DNA of 64,000 bases from Vicugna vicugna (lineage: Eukaryota): NCBI GenBank assembly GCA_013265495.1, contig MU059938.1, positions 3,385,656 through 3,449,655 of the forward strand. Reading direction: 5' to 3'. Under the pieces are notes generated by a model. The model saw only the letters and a list, made by a program, of their open reading frames with translations, ran no database searches and was not told the origin of the DNA. Both the position numbers and the translations under genes were made by a program. Shown one piece after another: positions 24,656 through 36,454 of the stretch. How positions within the stretch are numbered: the stretch's first letter is position 1; each line of letters opens with the position of its first letter.

Positions 24656-24771
24656 CACGTCCTATCTACTGTACAGAATTGTGAGAGAGAGCACTTCTCA
24701 TGTATAACAAAGAGCTTTGGCAGGTAGAAAGTAATATAAAAATTTGTCATCATTATTTTTTGCCAGCTTTT

Positions 24772-24840
24772 TGTCTTTTTTTTTTTTTTTAGATTCCATA
24801 TATAAGTGATATTATATGGTATTTTTCTTTCTCTTTCTGG
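24772..24840 (-). mobile_element. ~70-bp internal L1 3'UTR fragment flanked by TSD
   Basis: Reverse complement ccagaaagagaaagaaaaataccatataatatcacttatatatggaatct(A)n gac; AGCTTTT at 24765-24771 and 24841-24847. Confidence 0.8.
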
Positions 24841-24925
24841 AGCTTTTAAATGACATATAATATTGTGTAGGTTCAAGGTGTTCAATGTGATGATCTGATA
24901 CATGCATATACTGGGAATCATTTTA
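24841..24925 (-). mobile_element. L1MA-type 3' terminus
   Basis: tgacatataatattgtgtaggttcaaggtgttcaatgtgatgatctgatac. Confidence 0.7.
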
Positions 24926-25680
24926 TGAACACAGAGAAAACAAGAACATATTAGAGTGCCTGACACATAGTAGATATTTAATATTTATCTGTTGAACGAG
25001 TGAATGAACATCTTGCTGATAAAAAGCCCACGATTAAAAAAAAATCTATACAACGCAAAAGCAAGATATTTGTTTGCCCAGGGAAAACTTTAAAATTGAT
25101 TCACTTGAGTTCATACAAGTAAAACTAAAACCTCCTGGATATTAGCTTTTTTCAAGAAGACTATTTTTCTTTTTAATATTTTTCCATCAAAAATAAAATT
25201 ATAAAATATTAAAGGACATTTTGAAACAAGGAAAATACACCCTTAATCACACCACCCAAACACACTGTTTTATTTTCACCTGTTGCCTTAGAACTTTTAT
25301 CTACATGCATGTCTACTTTTCATAGTTGTAAATCTGTTTCTTCTTCTTCTTTTTAAAATAAATTTTAATTTGTACCCAGTAAGGAAGGTGCGGGCTTGGT
25401 AATTCTCCAGAAGTGATTCCAACAAAGAACCACCTAATATTTCTAACAATTCCAATTTAATTTTGCCGAGGGGCTCCATTCTTATTAAAAAGCATACCAG
25501 GGAGAGGAGGTGATTTTCAGAAGAAAGTAGATAGGGGGTGTTAATTCTCACTACAGTTAGTGTGATAAGGTTACAAATGTCACAATCTCTCTACTTTCAA
25601 TTTAAGAGCTGATCTTGTGGGTCTTACAAAAATTACATGAAGGGCAAATGAGTACATATGGAACTTACTTAAGGATAGCA

Positions 25681-26080
25681 ATGAATTCAATCATTAATTC
25701 CACAAGTATTTTTTGAGTGCCCACTATGTGTCAGGCAGAATGGGGACCATACTGAGTAAGACACCGCCTCTACCCTTGAAAAGGGTGAAGTAGGGATGCA
25801 AGACAAGAAGACATATTTTGGTGAGCTCAGAGGAAGGGTGAGGCCATTACCGGGAGGAAATGAGACCTGATGTTTGGCCAGAAGTTCGGCAGCACATGGG
25901 TAGAAGGGGGTCCAGGCTTGCTAGCCACATAGACCAGAATGAATGACTCTCATCAGACTGCAAGTTATTCTACCTGACTGGATATTAATAGAGCGCCCAG
26001 GGGTGAATGGATGAGAAAAGACAAGTAAGCAGAGGTCAGATCACGAAGAGGAGATGAGCTTGGTTACAGCAGCGATGGGG
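25681..26080 (-). mobile_element. L2
   Basis: attcaatcattaattccacaagtattttttgagtgcccactatgtgtcaggc. Confidence 0.7.
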
Positions 26081-26433
26081 TTTGTTCAGCACTGCCTAGG
26101 ACAGCACCCAGCCCACACATACACTCACACTTTTCATCTGTATTTGTGGAATGAATTAAGCTACATCATGCCATGCAGTTAACCGTTACTGGCCACGGTG
26201 ACTGGACTCCGGCTGCAAACGAAGAGCACACACGGCTGGCAAGGGACAACTACTGCCCTCTCTCCAAGACTGTATCTGTGATGCCCTTATTGCCATGGTG
26301 GGTCTGCCACATGGCCACCGCTTGCTTCCCAGAGCAGGGACACTGCTTTACTTCTGTTGGTCCTGAACTCCTTGATGCTAAACAGAAGGGGTCAGGCACG
26401 GTGAACCCTAACCTGAGAAATGCTCCCTTATTT

Positions 26434-26477
26434 CATCATTTTCAGTGGCATCATTTTCAATGGCATTCATTTTCAAC
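26434..26477. repeat. 15-bp tandem repeat x ~3
   Basis: catcattttcagtgg / catcattttcaatgg / cattcattttcaac. Confidence 0.85.
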
Positions 26478-27065
26478 TACATACAAATGTAGCTTCTTAG
26501 GACATCCTTGCAAAACAAATGTATAAATGCAAATTCTAACTCCTATTCTTAGAAGCAGAGAATCAAGGTGGGTGGGGAGAGATACCGGGAAGTTTAGGAA
26601 GAAACGAGGGAAGGTGGAGGGGAAAGGCTGTGAACACGTCTCCTAATTGTTTCTGTCCTTGACTCTAGTCTTTATTTCTTGAAACTACTTATAGTTGAAA
26701 CTGAGCGTGAATGATGTACATTTACCAGAAGCCTTACTCTCTAGGGAGATGAATGGATTAATAAACCAGATCTAGCAATACCGAATTATTTGGAGGCAAA
26801 AGCGGAATTGACTCCCAAGAGCCCAGCAGGGTGGCTTACTGTGGAAACACTCTGCTACTGCTCTGCCGGGCCTGCTAAGAATGCATGGCATTGGCTGACT
26901 CTATGGGGGTGGGGGGGGTGGGGGTGGAGGAAGCGCAAGAATTCAGCTGCAGAAGAGTGATGTGAAATTAAAGAGAGAATGAAATGTGTGATCTTATTTA
27001 ATCACATCTGGTGCTTCAATTTCTCAATAACAGCACCCTGCTCCACTGTGTCAAATTGGAGAATG

Positions 27066-27068
<3 letters not shown>

Positions 27069-27104
<36 letters not shown>
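27069..27104. repeat. (AT)18 microsatellite
   Basis: Perfect AT run. Confidence 0.97.
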
Positions 27105-27107
<3 letters not shown>

Positions 27108-28092
27108 AATTACAGCTAGAGGATGGATTAACTCTCTAATGCCTGCCAATCCATTTCAGGGATCTAAAATGCAAATGATAAGGGAGTTTTTCCTATCAAG
27201 AATTTGGGAGCAATTATCCCTGGACCTGGATCAGCATAAAATTACCATCAACTGAGAAGTAAGCAGTGAAATGTCACCTCCTAAAAGGGACCAAAAACTC
27301 AGGGTTCTAGGTTAGGGCGTGGCTTGGGGAAGACGCCATATTTTAATACCCAAAGTATATTCCGGGTCATCCTCTACTTCTATTCTGAAGACTGAATGCA
27401 TGCTTTGTGCTGCTTCAGATTTCTAGGACGGTGACAGCCACCAAGAGAAAGTAAAAGAACCATTTCAGCCTCTTTAGGAATGAATGTCTGTGAGTAGTTT
27501 AAAAGTTACAAATCTGTACTGGAACTGGTATTTAGCAGAAATCATCCCCCCATCCCTGTCTTGCCCCCTCACAGAGGAGCTGCTACTTCACAGCATCTGA
27601 GGGTTTCTACTGGGTATCAAACACAACACACAATGTAATTCTGCAGGACCTGCATGTTTCCCTGGCTAGTCAGATACTTTATGGCAGCGAGGTCCAAAAG
27701 GACGGTAAGGTGATTCATCTAATGTAAAAATGGTTACTGTGGGGAAACGCTCCATTCTTCTGGGTTTGGGGGCAGGCGTGGGGGACGCCTTCTACGTCAT
27801 TCCATTTAGCAGCAGAAAATAAAAGCTTATGTATAATTAGTTTAACATAGCCAGCTTTACCTCCCATTTACCGTGAAGCAAATCCAAGATGAAAACAAGT
27901 AGACAATGGCTATTTTGGTCCCTTCCATAGAGTAACCATGCAGTGGTCTGCAAATATGTGCACAAGTAGTCCCCAAAGACGCACAGCTGGTTCAGGGACT
28001 TGTTTCAAGAGACTGACTCAATGAAGGGCATCATGCAGGGAATACATGAATGGACTGTCTGGAAGTCTGATGTGATTAATTTCTCAGGAACA

Positions 28093-28118
28093 CTGTCTGT
28101 CTGTCTGTCTGTCTGTCT
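28093..28118. repeat. (CTGT)n microsatellite
   Basis: ctgtctgtctgtctgtctgtctgtct. Confidence 0.9.
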
Positions 28119-29084
28119 ATTAGACATACACACACAATATAAGCAATAACATTAAAAAAATATATATAAACAACTCCTAAAAATAATTTCTACTCCCTGA
28201 GATCTGAGTGACTGACAGTGCTCCAGATTCTTCTCTTGCTTCTGAAAATACAGAGTATGTTGGCCACCTCGGTAGCACCTACATCACAGTCCACTGTAAT
28301 CCCCTGATCTCTTAAGGCTGGAGGCCTCTTGAGGGCAGAGAACCTGGCTTGTTCATCTTTGCTGTCCATTTCCAAAGCACATGACATAGTTCCTCCTTGC
28401 CACAGGTACTTAACAGACAGGTGTGAACTGAGCCATCCATCACTCCAGGTAGCATTACTCCTGAGAGCACTCAGTTATTTCCCAGTTTAGGGAAGAACAA
28501 CGGATAAATGCCACTGGAAAGTGGGGGGTGGGGGGGTGGTTGGCAAGCAGTCAAGTGAAGATATATTAAAATTAATATTCTGATATTAAAAAAGATCTAC
28601 AGAATGGGTCCTTTTAGCGTATGAGAGTTTATGAAAATAAAATGTTGCTTTAAAACAAAGGCCCATTCACTTTTGCCATGTGGTACATTTCTTTAGCTCC
28701 TTGAAGAGCTTAAGTGGTCTTTGGAATTCCTGGCTCCACCGTTGTGTTGGTGAGTCTGGCTGGCGAGGGTGGGCTGTGGCAGGACCCGCGGGGGCTGCAT
28801 CAGATCCTGGCAGCTCCTGTTCAGAAAACGAATCTTCACCTTGAAAAGTTGTGTAAGCCAGACATGTCTTTGAAGATTTCCCAGATCTATTTCCAATGTC
28901 CAATGTGCCGAGTGAGAGCGACCTATTTTCCCCCATTTAAAGAGTCTTATTCATACTATATATCTATAAACATACTGACAATAATGTAGGAGGTAATTAG
29001 TATATATATATAATCATTCCTCATTATATTTTGGCTGAAAGTAAGCTGCTCTGCCCTCTTTACTGTCTTTTAGTAGACAAAGCA

Positions 29085-29617
29085 ATGGATGTGACCACGT
29101 CTTACCTCTTCTTTAAACCCTGGGGAGACTTGCCCTTACTTTTAGGATAAAACCAGAATCCTGACCATGACTTACACGGCCCTGCAAAGTGTGTTGCTCC
29201 CCATCTTGGGGCACTATCCACCTGCCTCACTGGCCCTTCTGCTAATTTCTTCAGTTTACAAGTTCTTCCCAGCCTCTGGGCTCTTCACCCAGGCTCTTCG
29301 TCTATGGTATTGCTATTCTCCCTGCTTCTTTGCTTGAATAACTTATTTGTCAATCGGGGTTCAGATTATTGGCCGCTCCTTTAAGAACTTCGTTTCTGAC
29401 CCTAAAGTCTAGGTCCCTCCTTGTACATAATCACACGGTAACTTCTTCACAACTGTCACTTAATAGTTATTTATGCAATTCTTTCTTTAATGCCTATGCT
29501 TCGCCCTATATTTTAAGCATCATGGAAACATTGAAAAGGTATGCCTTGTTCAGTGCTGTGTCCTTAGCACCTGGTCCAGCACATAATAGGCACTCAATAA
29601 ATACAGAATGACTGAAA
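29085..29617 (+). mobile_element. L2 3' region
   Basis: ttaggataaaaccagaatcctgaccatg...agcacataataggcactcaataaatacagaatgactgaa. Confidence 0.8.
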
Positions 29618-30339
29618 GTATCTCACCACTACAGTTGACTAGAGACTTGAGGCATCAGCTGTTGGGATGTAATGGACAGTGGGTGGACTTTGGACTCTGA
29701 ATTCCGCTTCAGCAAGAGGGACAAGTCACTTCAACATCCTGAGCCTCGCTGTCCTCATCTGTAAGCATAGCGGTGTGAACCCTACCTCTGCAGAAGATGG
29801 ATACACGCAGTGCTGCTTTGCTGCTTGAAAATGATGCTCTGCGTTGTTCGTAGTCATACTACCGGTAATACCGCCCTGTGTATGACTCTAGGCGTTCTTC
29901 CTGGGTTTCTGGGGAAAAGTCTCACATGAAAGCAAGCTGCCCACCTTCCTCTTTTCAGAAATCCAAAGAAAAGCAGGAATCGGGAAAAGCCTCATCTCAG
30001 TGCTGAACCAGGTCGCTAAACAAAGAAAGCCATTTATCAGCATTTAGAACCTGCATCAGACATCATACAGGTGGCCTCAAACTGAGGGAAGACATACAAA
30101 TTCTCCTTCTGAGAGTGGAGCACAGTTCTTTGGTGACAATTAAGTGGAAGATATTTTGAGAAAGTCAAATAATGTCACTAACTTGGGAAGCCTGGCAACA
30201 CAGGTAGGCAGGTGGGTGGCAGGAACATGGCACCGCACTGAGCCCCCATCCCGACAGCGCCCTCTAGGACCACAGGGGAGGGAAAGCAGGGACAGCTGAA
30301 TTATCATCCTTAGCAATTTTTTTTTCTTACATGGCTTAA

Positions 30340-30935
30340 TTTTACTTTTAATCTTTTTTTTATTGTGAAATGTCTCATATAAAAAGGATGTATGGAAACT
30401 ATGGTGATTCGATTTAAAATATTATTTTTAAGTTATTAAGTTACATCAAAACTTTAAATGCACAATTATTTAAAATCTTTGCCATTAAAAATGAGTATTA
30501 CTATTAAAAACAACAGTAAAACAAATGCCTACGCATTAGCTACTGCCCTTAGCAAGGAGACTGTCAGCAGTACCTTGAATGCCTGGCGGGCCTTTTCCTG
30601 GTTCCCCCCACCCCACCCCACCCCCACCGTCATAATCACGATCCTGTACTGGAGTTCATCATTTACTTGCTTTAAAAAAAAATCCCTCTACCACCCACGT
30701 ACACCTCTCTAGTGTAAGCAGTGTATTGCTTAGCTTTGCCTGTTTGGAAATACATGTGAAAAGATCATACTGAATGACTTCCATCTGATTTTTGCTCAAC
30801 TTTGTCTCCAACATTTGTCTATACTGATGCATGTGTCTAATTAGGAATTACCTTCCATTGTACAAACATACCGCCATTTATTAACCGCAACTGTAGATGG
30901 ATATTGGGCTTATTTCCAGCTCTGTGCTATGACTT
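30340..30935 (-). mobile_element. L1ME-like 3' fragment
   Basis: tttttattgtgaaat...ccattgtacaaacatacc...tagatggatattgggcttatttccag. Confidence 0.7.
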
Positions 30936-31969
30936 GCCTTTTATGCAGACTGACTTCCACATCTATGGGGGAGGCTTTGGAGTCAGAGAAGCCTGTGGGA
31001 AGTAGAGAGACTCACCATTATGGTACGATGTGGAAAGGGCAGTGTGGGAAGACAACGCACGTGGCCCATCTGCACAGAACTCCTGTGAAGGCGGGGTTTT
31101 CTCTAACTCAACTGTCACCAGATGTGGTCGTTTCTAAAGAAATAGGGTGAACATTCTGAAACTAGACAGGCTACTGCTCCAACTCATGTGAGTTTTATCC
31201 AACTTACATGGAGAGACAATTCATGAGATGCCAGATGTAGGCACACCAGATACGCAGGATCACTACTCTGTGTATGCGGCGTGAAGTGTTCCCAAGACAT
31301 GGAGAGGTGGCTCTTGATTTAAGACGTCCCAGACACGTAGAAAGTGCTCAGTAAGGTAAAGATCTACTGCTGGGGCTACTCACGAAACTGGCTCCTCTCC
31401 ACCCTCCTCAGGCTGCTGAAGGACAAAACTTACTGCGTAAATGCATATCGTGCAGCCCTCGAATGAAGAGTGCCTGGGAATGCAGAGAAGTCACTCAAGG
31501 CACCAAAGAGGAGAAAGTTATCAAACAGGCTTCCAACAAGGAATAAAAGAACGCTCCACAACAAAGACCAAAAACATCATATAAACCCAAGGACATAAAC
31601 ATAACATATAAGAGAATAGTGTACCTTGGAAAAGATCTGACACAAAAGAAAGACGAACGTTTTAGAGAGTAGCTACTCCTGTATTCTCAAGGTAATTACT
31701 CAAAATACAAACCTGCTAAAAGAGAGGTCATGGGGCAACAAACAGAGGTAAAAAAATCAATCTGGTTTAGAAACTATCAAAGTGAGTACAAACTTGAGAG
31801 ACTCAGAACTCAGAGAGAGGGGGGAAAAAAGCAGGTGAAAATGATTAAAGAGAAAAAGATGGACTGCAATCATGGACATAGTACATATAACATATGCATA
31901 AGGGGAGTGAATGAGGAAGCAATTGGAACCTATGCAACAGAACCAATTTCAAAAACGTATATTGCTGTA

Positions 31970-33166
31970 AAGAAAGTAAAAAAATACAACTTGTGGAATG
32001 GGAAAAATATTTGCAAACCATATACCTGATAAGGTTTAATATCCAAAACATAAAGATACTATACAGTTCAATAGCAGAAAGGCAATAACCCAATTAAAAA
32101 TGGACAAAGGACCTGAATAGATATTTCTGCAAGGAAGATACATGAAAGACCAACAGGTACATGAGAAGACGCTCAACATCACTAGGCATCATGGAAATGC
32201 AAATGCAAACCACGATGAGACACCACCTCACACCTGTCAGAATGGCCATCATCAAAAAGGCAAGAGGTAAAAATGTTGGCAGGGAGATGAAGAAAAGGGA
32301 ACCCTGCGCACTACGAGTGGGTCTGTAAATTGGTACAGGCGCTATGGAAAACAGTATTGAGGATCCTCAAAAAGTTAAAAAATACAACTGCTGTATAATC
32401 CAGAAATTCTCTGACCTAAAACTATGGAAAAATAAAATATTTACAGACCTTTTCTAAAAAAAAAAAAATCCTGAAATTCTACTTCTGGGAAAATATCCAA
32501 AAGTAACAAAAATACTAAATCAAAAAGATATTTGCAACTCCATGATAGCAGTATTATTTATAATAGCCAAGACATGGAAACAACATAAGTATCCATCAGT
32601 GGAGGAATGGATCAAGAAGTTGTGGTATATATAAACAATGGAACATTATCCAGCCATAAAATGAGGAAAACTTACCATCTGGGACAACACAGATGACTTT
32701 GAAGGCATTATGCTAAGTGAAATAGTCAGAGAAAGATAAATACTGTATGATCTTGCTTGTATGTAGAATCAAAAGAAGATCATAGAAAAAGAGATCAGAC
32801 TTATGATTGTCAGAGGTGGAGAGTTGGGGGAAGGGGAATTGGAGGATGGCAGTAAGAGGTACAAACTTCCAGTTATAAGATAAATAAGTACTAGGGATGG
32901 AATGTACACCATGGTGATTACAGCTGACACCGCTGTATGATATACAAGCAAGTTGTTCAGAGAGTAAATCCTAAGCATGTGCATCACAATGAGAATTTTT
33001 TTCCTTTCTTCTCTCTTTTCTTTTTATTGTATCTTTATGAGATGGATGTTTGCTGAACTTATTGCGGTAATCATGTATGATATATATAAATCAAACCATT
33101 GTGTTATGTGCCTTAAACTTACACAGTGATGCATGTCGATTATTTCTCAACAAAACGAGGAAAAAA
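31970..33166 (+). mobile_element. L1MA9-like ORF2 C-terminus and 3'UTR
   Basis: ggaatgggaaaaatatttgcaaacc...gaaatgcaaatgcaaaccacgatgagacaccacctcacacctgtcagaatggcc...tatttctcaacaaaac. Confidence 0.9.
32411..32466 (+). pseudogene. Mini-retrocopy: 44 nt with AATAAA plus poly(A), flanked by TSD
   Basis: AATAAA 32430-32435, A-run 32455-32468, TSD AATCCAGAAATTCT 32397-32410 / AATCCTGAAATTCT 32467-32480. Confidence 0.7.
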
Positions 33167-34689
33167 TGATAAACCAAGAAAAAAAAGGCTAATAAAAGAG
33201 ACAAATGCAAACAAACAAAAAAAAAGTATACTAAAGAAAAATCTCTGAAATGAAAAAAAAAATCTCAAAGTTTTACTGTGGACTTTTTGCAAATTGATAA
33301 ACAATTAGATCCACTGAATATTAAGTCTAAAAAAAAGAAACTTCCCCAAATCCAGGAAAAAGAAATAGATCTTGTATAAAAAAGATGTCAGTCCAATCAG
33401 TCTATGTGGTTTTCAGGGAGGATGGTTATGCTATGCTTCCCAAATTCTGTTATCAGTCGTAAGCGAAGGCAATGAGAAGACATTTTCAGCTGGAAACGGG
33501 CTCCAGAATGCTGGTGTGTCCTGTATGGTAACTGAAGATTAACCAGCCACGGGAAATTGAGGAATGCAAACATTGTTCAACAGCATTGTTTCTTAGGAGA
33601 AGGTAGACGCTATCTCATTCTTGAAACAAGAGATCCGATTACACGGAAATCAACAATTTAACTATTACAAGCTGGGACAAAAACCTTAAGGTAGAATAGC
33701 AAAATCTGGGAGGAAAGGGTGGTGTGCGGGGGGAGCAGGAGGAAGGAAAGCGTGGGCATTTTTCACTTGGACACAGGGGTGAGTCAATTGATAGTACTTC
33801 ATTCTTGACATTAATGGTTTCAGAAATAGAATTAATGGTTTAGAATGCAGGTTTAAATATGTATCAATATTATTCAAAAATCTGATAGCAATGATCAGAA
33901 GAACTTTAAACAAGTACCACAGTTTCCAAATTGCTGGAGTGCGATGGGGGGAGGGGAAGGAATTAAAATAAAAACTCGTATCGTAGAGCAAAACTAGTTC
34001 CCCATCTCCACTTAAAAAAATAAAAGAGGAACAAAAGAAACCTCCAAATTTGAAATGTCAGATGCAAGCTAAGAGAACAGAAGAAATAACAAAATAATCA
34101 GCTTTCATAAATATACATATTTATGAAAGTCTGCAAGTATATGCACCCAAATGTTACCAGTTGTCCCTGCATGCTGGGTTTAGTGGGTTTAGTGTACCTT
34201 TAACTTTTTGATTTTTGACTAACTAAATTTAAAAAGAAAATTTTCTGGCAGCGATTACATATTATGTACGTGATTAAAAATCAAACATACACCGAAAATG
34301 CCTCTTCACTCATCTGAATGAACGCTGATCACGAAGCCACTCATTAAAACTAGAGGTGACCAGCCTGGCTGCGGCGGCTGAGATTGGCATTTGCTGTGAT
34401 TATGCAACTTGTTTCGCTAATTTGACTCATTTCCCCAAACAGAATGCACAGGTGGCGTTCATTTATGCAGTCACAACGCTAATTACTTTTTACAATTGTG
34501 CTCTTCCCTGGTTTTCTCCACGTAACCGTTGCCACGGTAGGAAAGCACCCTTGGGTGCTGGCTCGTGTGCCTGTGTATGCGCAGAAGGTGTGGGACCTTT
34601 GCTTATAGCCAAACGAGTCTGGGTCCTCAGCGGTGGGCTCAGTTCCTGAAAGAAAATGAGGGCTCACTGGCCACCCTGCAGCCCCTCAG

Positions 34690-35030
34690 CACCACACGCT
34701 TTTATCTACACTCCAGTCTCAGCCCTCATAACTGCCCCCACCACAAGCCTCAAACTCCAGCCACACTGAGCAAGTCATTTCTTGAACCTTACTGCCATGC
34801 CTGGAATGCTTTGCCACATCAGGGGAGCACTCAGGGTCACTCCTAGGGTCCGCGGCATCCTCTGCCTGTCCTCTTATTTATCACGTGTGTTACGACTGCT
34901 TAATAACCTGCCTGGCTGAGGACACGTCTGTCTCACCAAATGGGATGCTTGCTGGTAGGGAGCGTCTGGTATTTGCCTTCCAGCATTTGCACAGAGCCTA
35001 AAAGGCAGAAGGTGCTCAACAGACATTATG
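34690..35030 (+). mobile_element. L2 3' fragments
   Basis: ctccagccacactgag...catgcctggaatgc...gcacagagcctaaaaggcagaaggtgctcaac. Confidence 0.55.
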
Positions 35031-35184
35031 CCTGGAGAGCCTCTCTGAGCCAGCTCCCTTCAGCTCCCGGCCCCCTTCCCCTGCTCACATGTCTTGTCTC
35101 AGTTCCCTTCCCCAAACCGAGTTCCCCTAGCCTCACTGCCTAGAACTATTCCCTTTCTTGTCCCGGCCCTGGCCTCCTCAGGAC

Positions 35185-35734
35185 TGAGGAGTACCAAAGA
35201 AAAGGGGGGCACTGGAACCGAGCATGACTCTGTGGGGCCTTCCTGAGTACAAAGCCCTCCATGTGCCCGGCCTCCTGTTCGGCATTCTCCGAGTTCCAAA
35301 GAGCAGACTCAAGCAGTTAATGATTAGGACAGAGGAGTCACCTCCTGAAGGGGTACCGATAACAATCTGACGCGTATCTATGAGTTGTTCTACAGAAACT
35401 AAGACCCCCGCCCACCCACGCAGTGGAGGATGCTGACTCCACAAACACGCAGACCCCAGACTGGCTGGAACTACAGGGTGAATGTCTGAGATTCCAGAAA
35501 CATGACCGTGTTACCACCAACCACTCAGAAGAACATCCATGAGCTAAGCATGCACCTGCATCCCTCACCTCTAACGTGGCCTTAAAACACCCGTGCCTGA
35601 AAGTCACTGGGGAACCTGGGGCTTCTGAGCACAGGCTGCCCGCTCTCCTTGCTTGGCAAATAAACACTGTACTTTCCTTCACCACAACCCGGTGTCAGGA
35701 GGTTGGCGAGGGGACCCAAGTTTGGTTTGATAAC
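35185..35734 (+). mobile_element. Solo ERV1-type LTR (cetartiodactyl/camelid family)
   Basis: TG start, TATA-like cttaaaac 35581, AATAAA 35659-35664, end ggacccaagtttggtttgataac resembles artiodactyl ERV1 LTR termini; no PBS follows. Confidence 0.7.
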
Positions 35735-36235
35735 CGTTTTAGTGTCTAAGAGGCAGCGTTTGGCAAAGCTTGTTCCCTGAGCTTCTGAGCTCCACAGAGC
35801 CATTCTCTCCCTGAGTACAGATGAGATTTTTATGCAACAAAGCAAGCTGGAAAGAGTTCGATGGCATGGCCGCTGGGTTCCGTGGGCTGGCTCCACCCTC
35901 GCTGAAGAGCCTAGCCGTCTTGTGCTTTCTTCGCATCTCTCTCCTACACGAAGTCCCACCGCCCTCTGGAAAGAAGCTGATACCACGCTTGTTCAGCTTT
36001 CTGTATCCTGATCTCAAGTGGGTCCCCCTCCTGAAAGAGGAGGGGTGTTCAAGGAGGCCTCATGTTGAACTTGAATGTTCCCAAGTTGAAGAATTACCTC
36101 ACCCACACCTCTCTTTTAGGATATGAACAAGCAGTAAATCCTCTTGCTTTACAAAGTTACAAATGAGGGACAAAAAGGAGTGTCTTTATTCAGGGTGGGT
36201 CAGGAGAGTACTGAATACAATAGGACCTCACTTAT

Positions 36236-36375
36236 TGTTTTTTAAAAATAGCCTTTAAGTATTGAAAGCACTACATATGCGTGGGAGAAAATTAGAAATA
36301 CAGAAAAGCAAAAATAAAATATAAAAGCCATACATTTTTACTACTCCAAGGACATCATTTTAACATCTCAATTCT
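36236..36375 (-). mobile_element. L1ME4-like 3' tip flanked by 20-bp direct repeats
   Basis: gaaaattagaaatacagaaaagcaaaaataaaat L1ME-like motif; TACAATAGGACCTCACTTAT 36216-36235 / TACAGTAGGACCTCACTTAT 36376-36395. Confidence 0.6.
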
Positions 36376-36454
36376 TACAGTAGGACCTCACTTATAAAGC
36401 ATTAGACTCACCAGGAGCTCCAGGAACTCTCAGGTACTGGGGTTAACATATTTT

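Larger units (their letters stand above)
31560..34240 (+). mobile_element. HAL1/L1ME ORF1-like relic, interrupted by younger L1
   Basis: A-rich decayed ORF1-like text (NICIRGVNEE in ORF 31730..32029) at 31560-31970, resuming at 33180-34240. Confidence 0.5.

Noticed and set aside
24415-24966. Longest ORF (183 aa, minus strand)
   Set aside because: Runs across an L1 tail, the L1 mini-insert poly(A) (KKKKK) and an MLT1 LTR; a chimeric chance ORF.
25885-25897. TTCGGCAGCACAT match to the U6 snRNA 5' end
   Set aside because: Only 13 nt, no extension on either side, inside an L2; chance.
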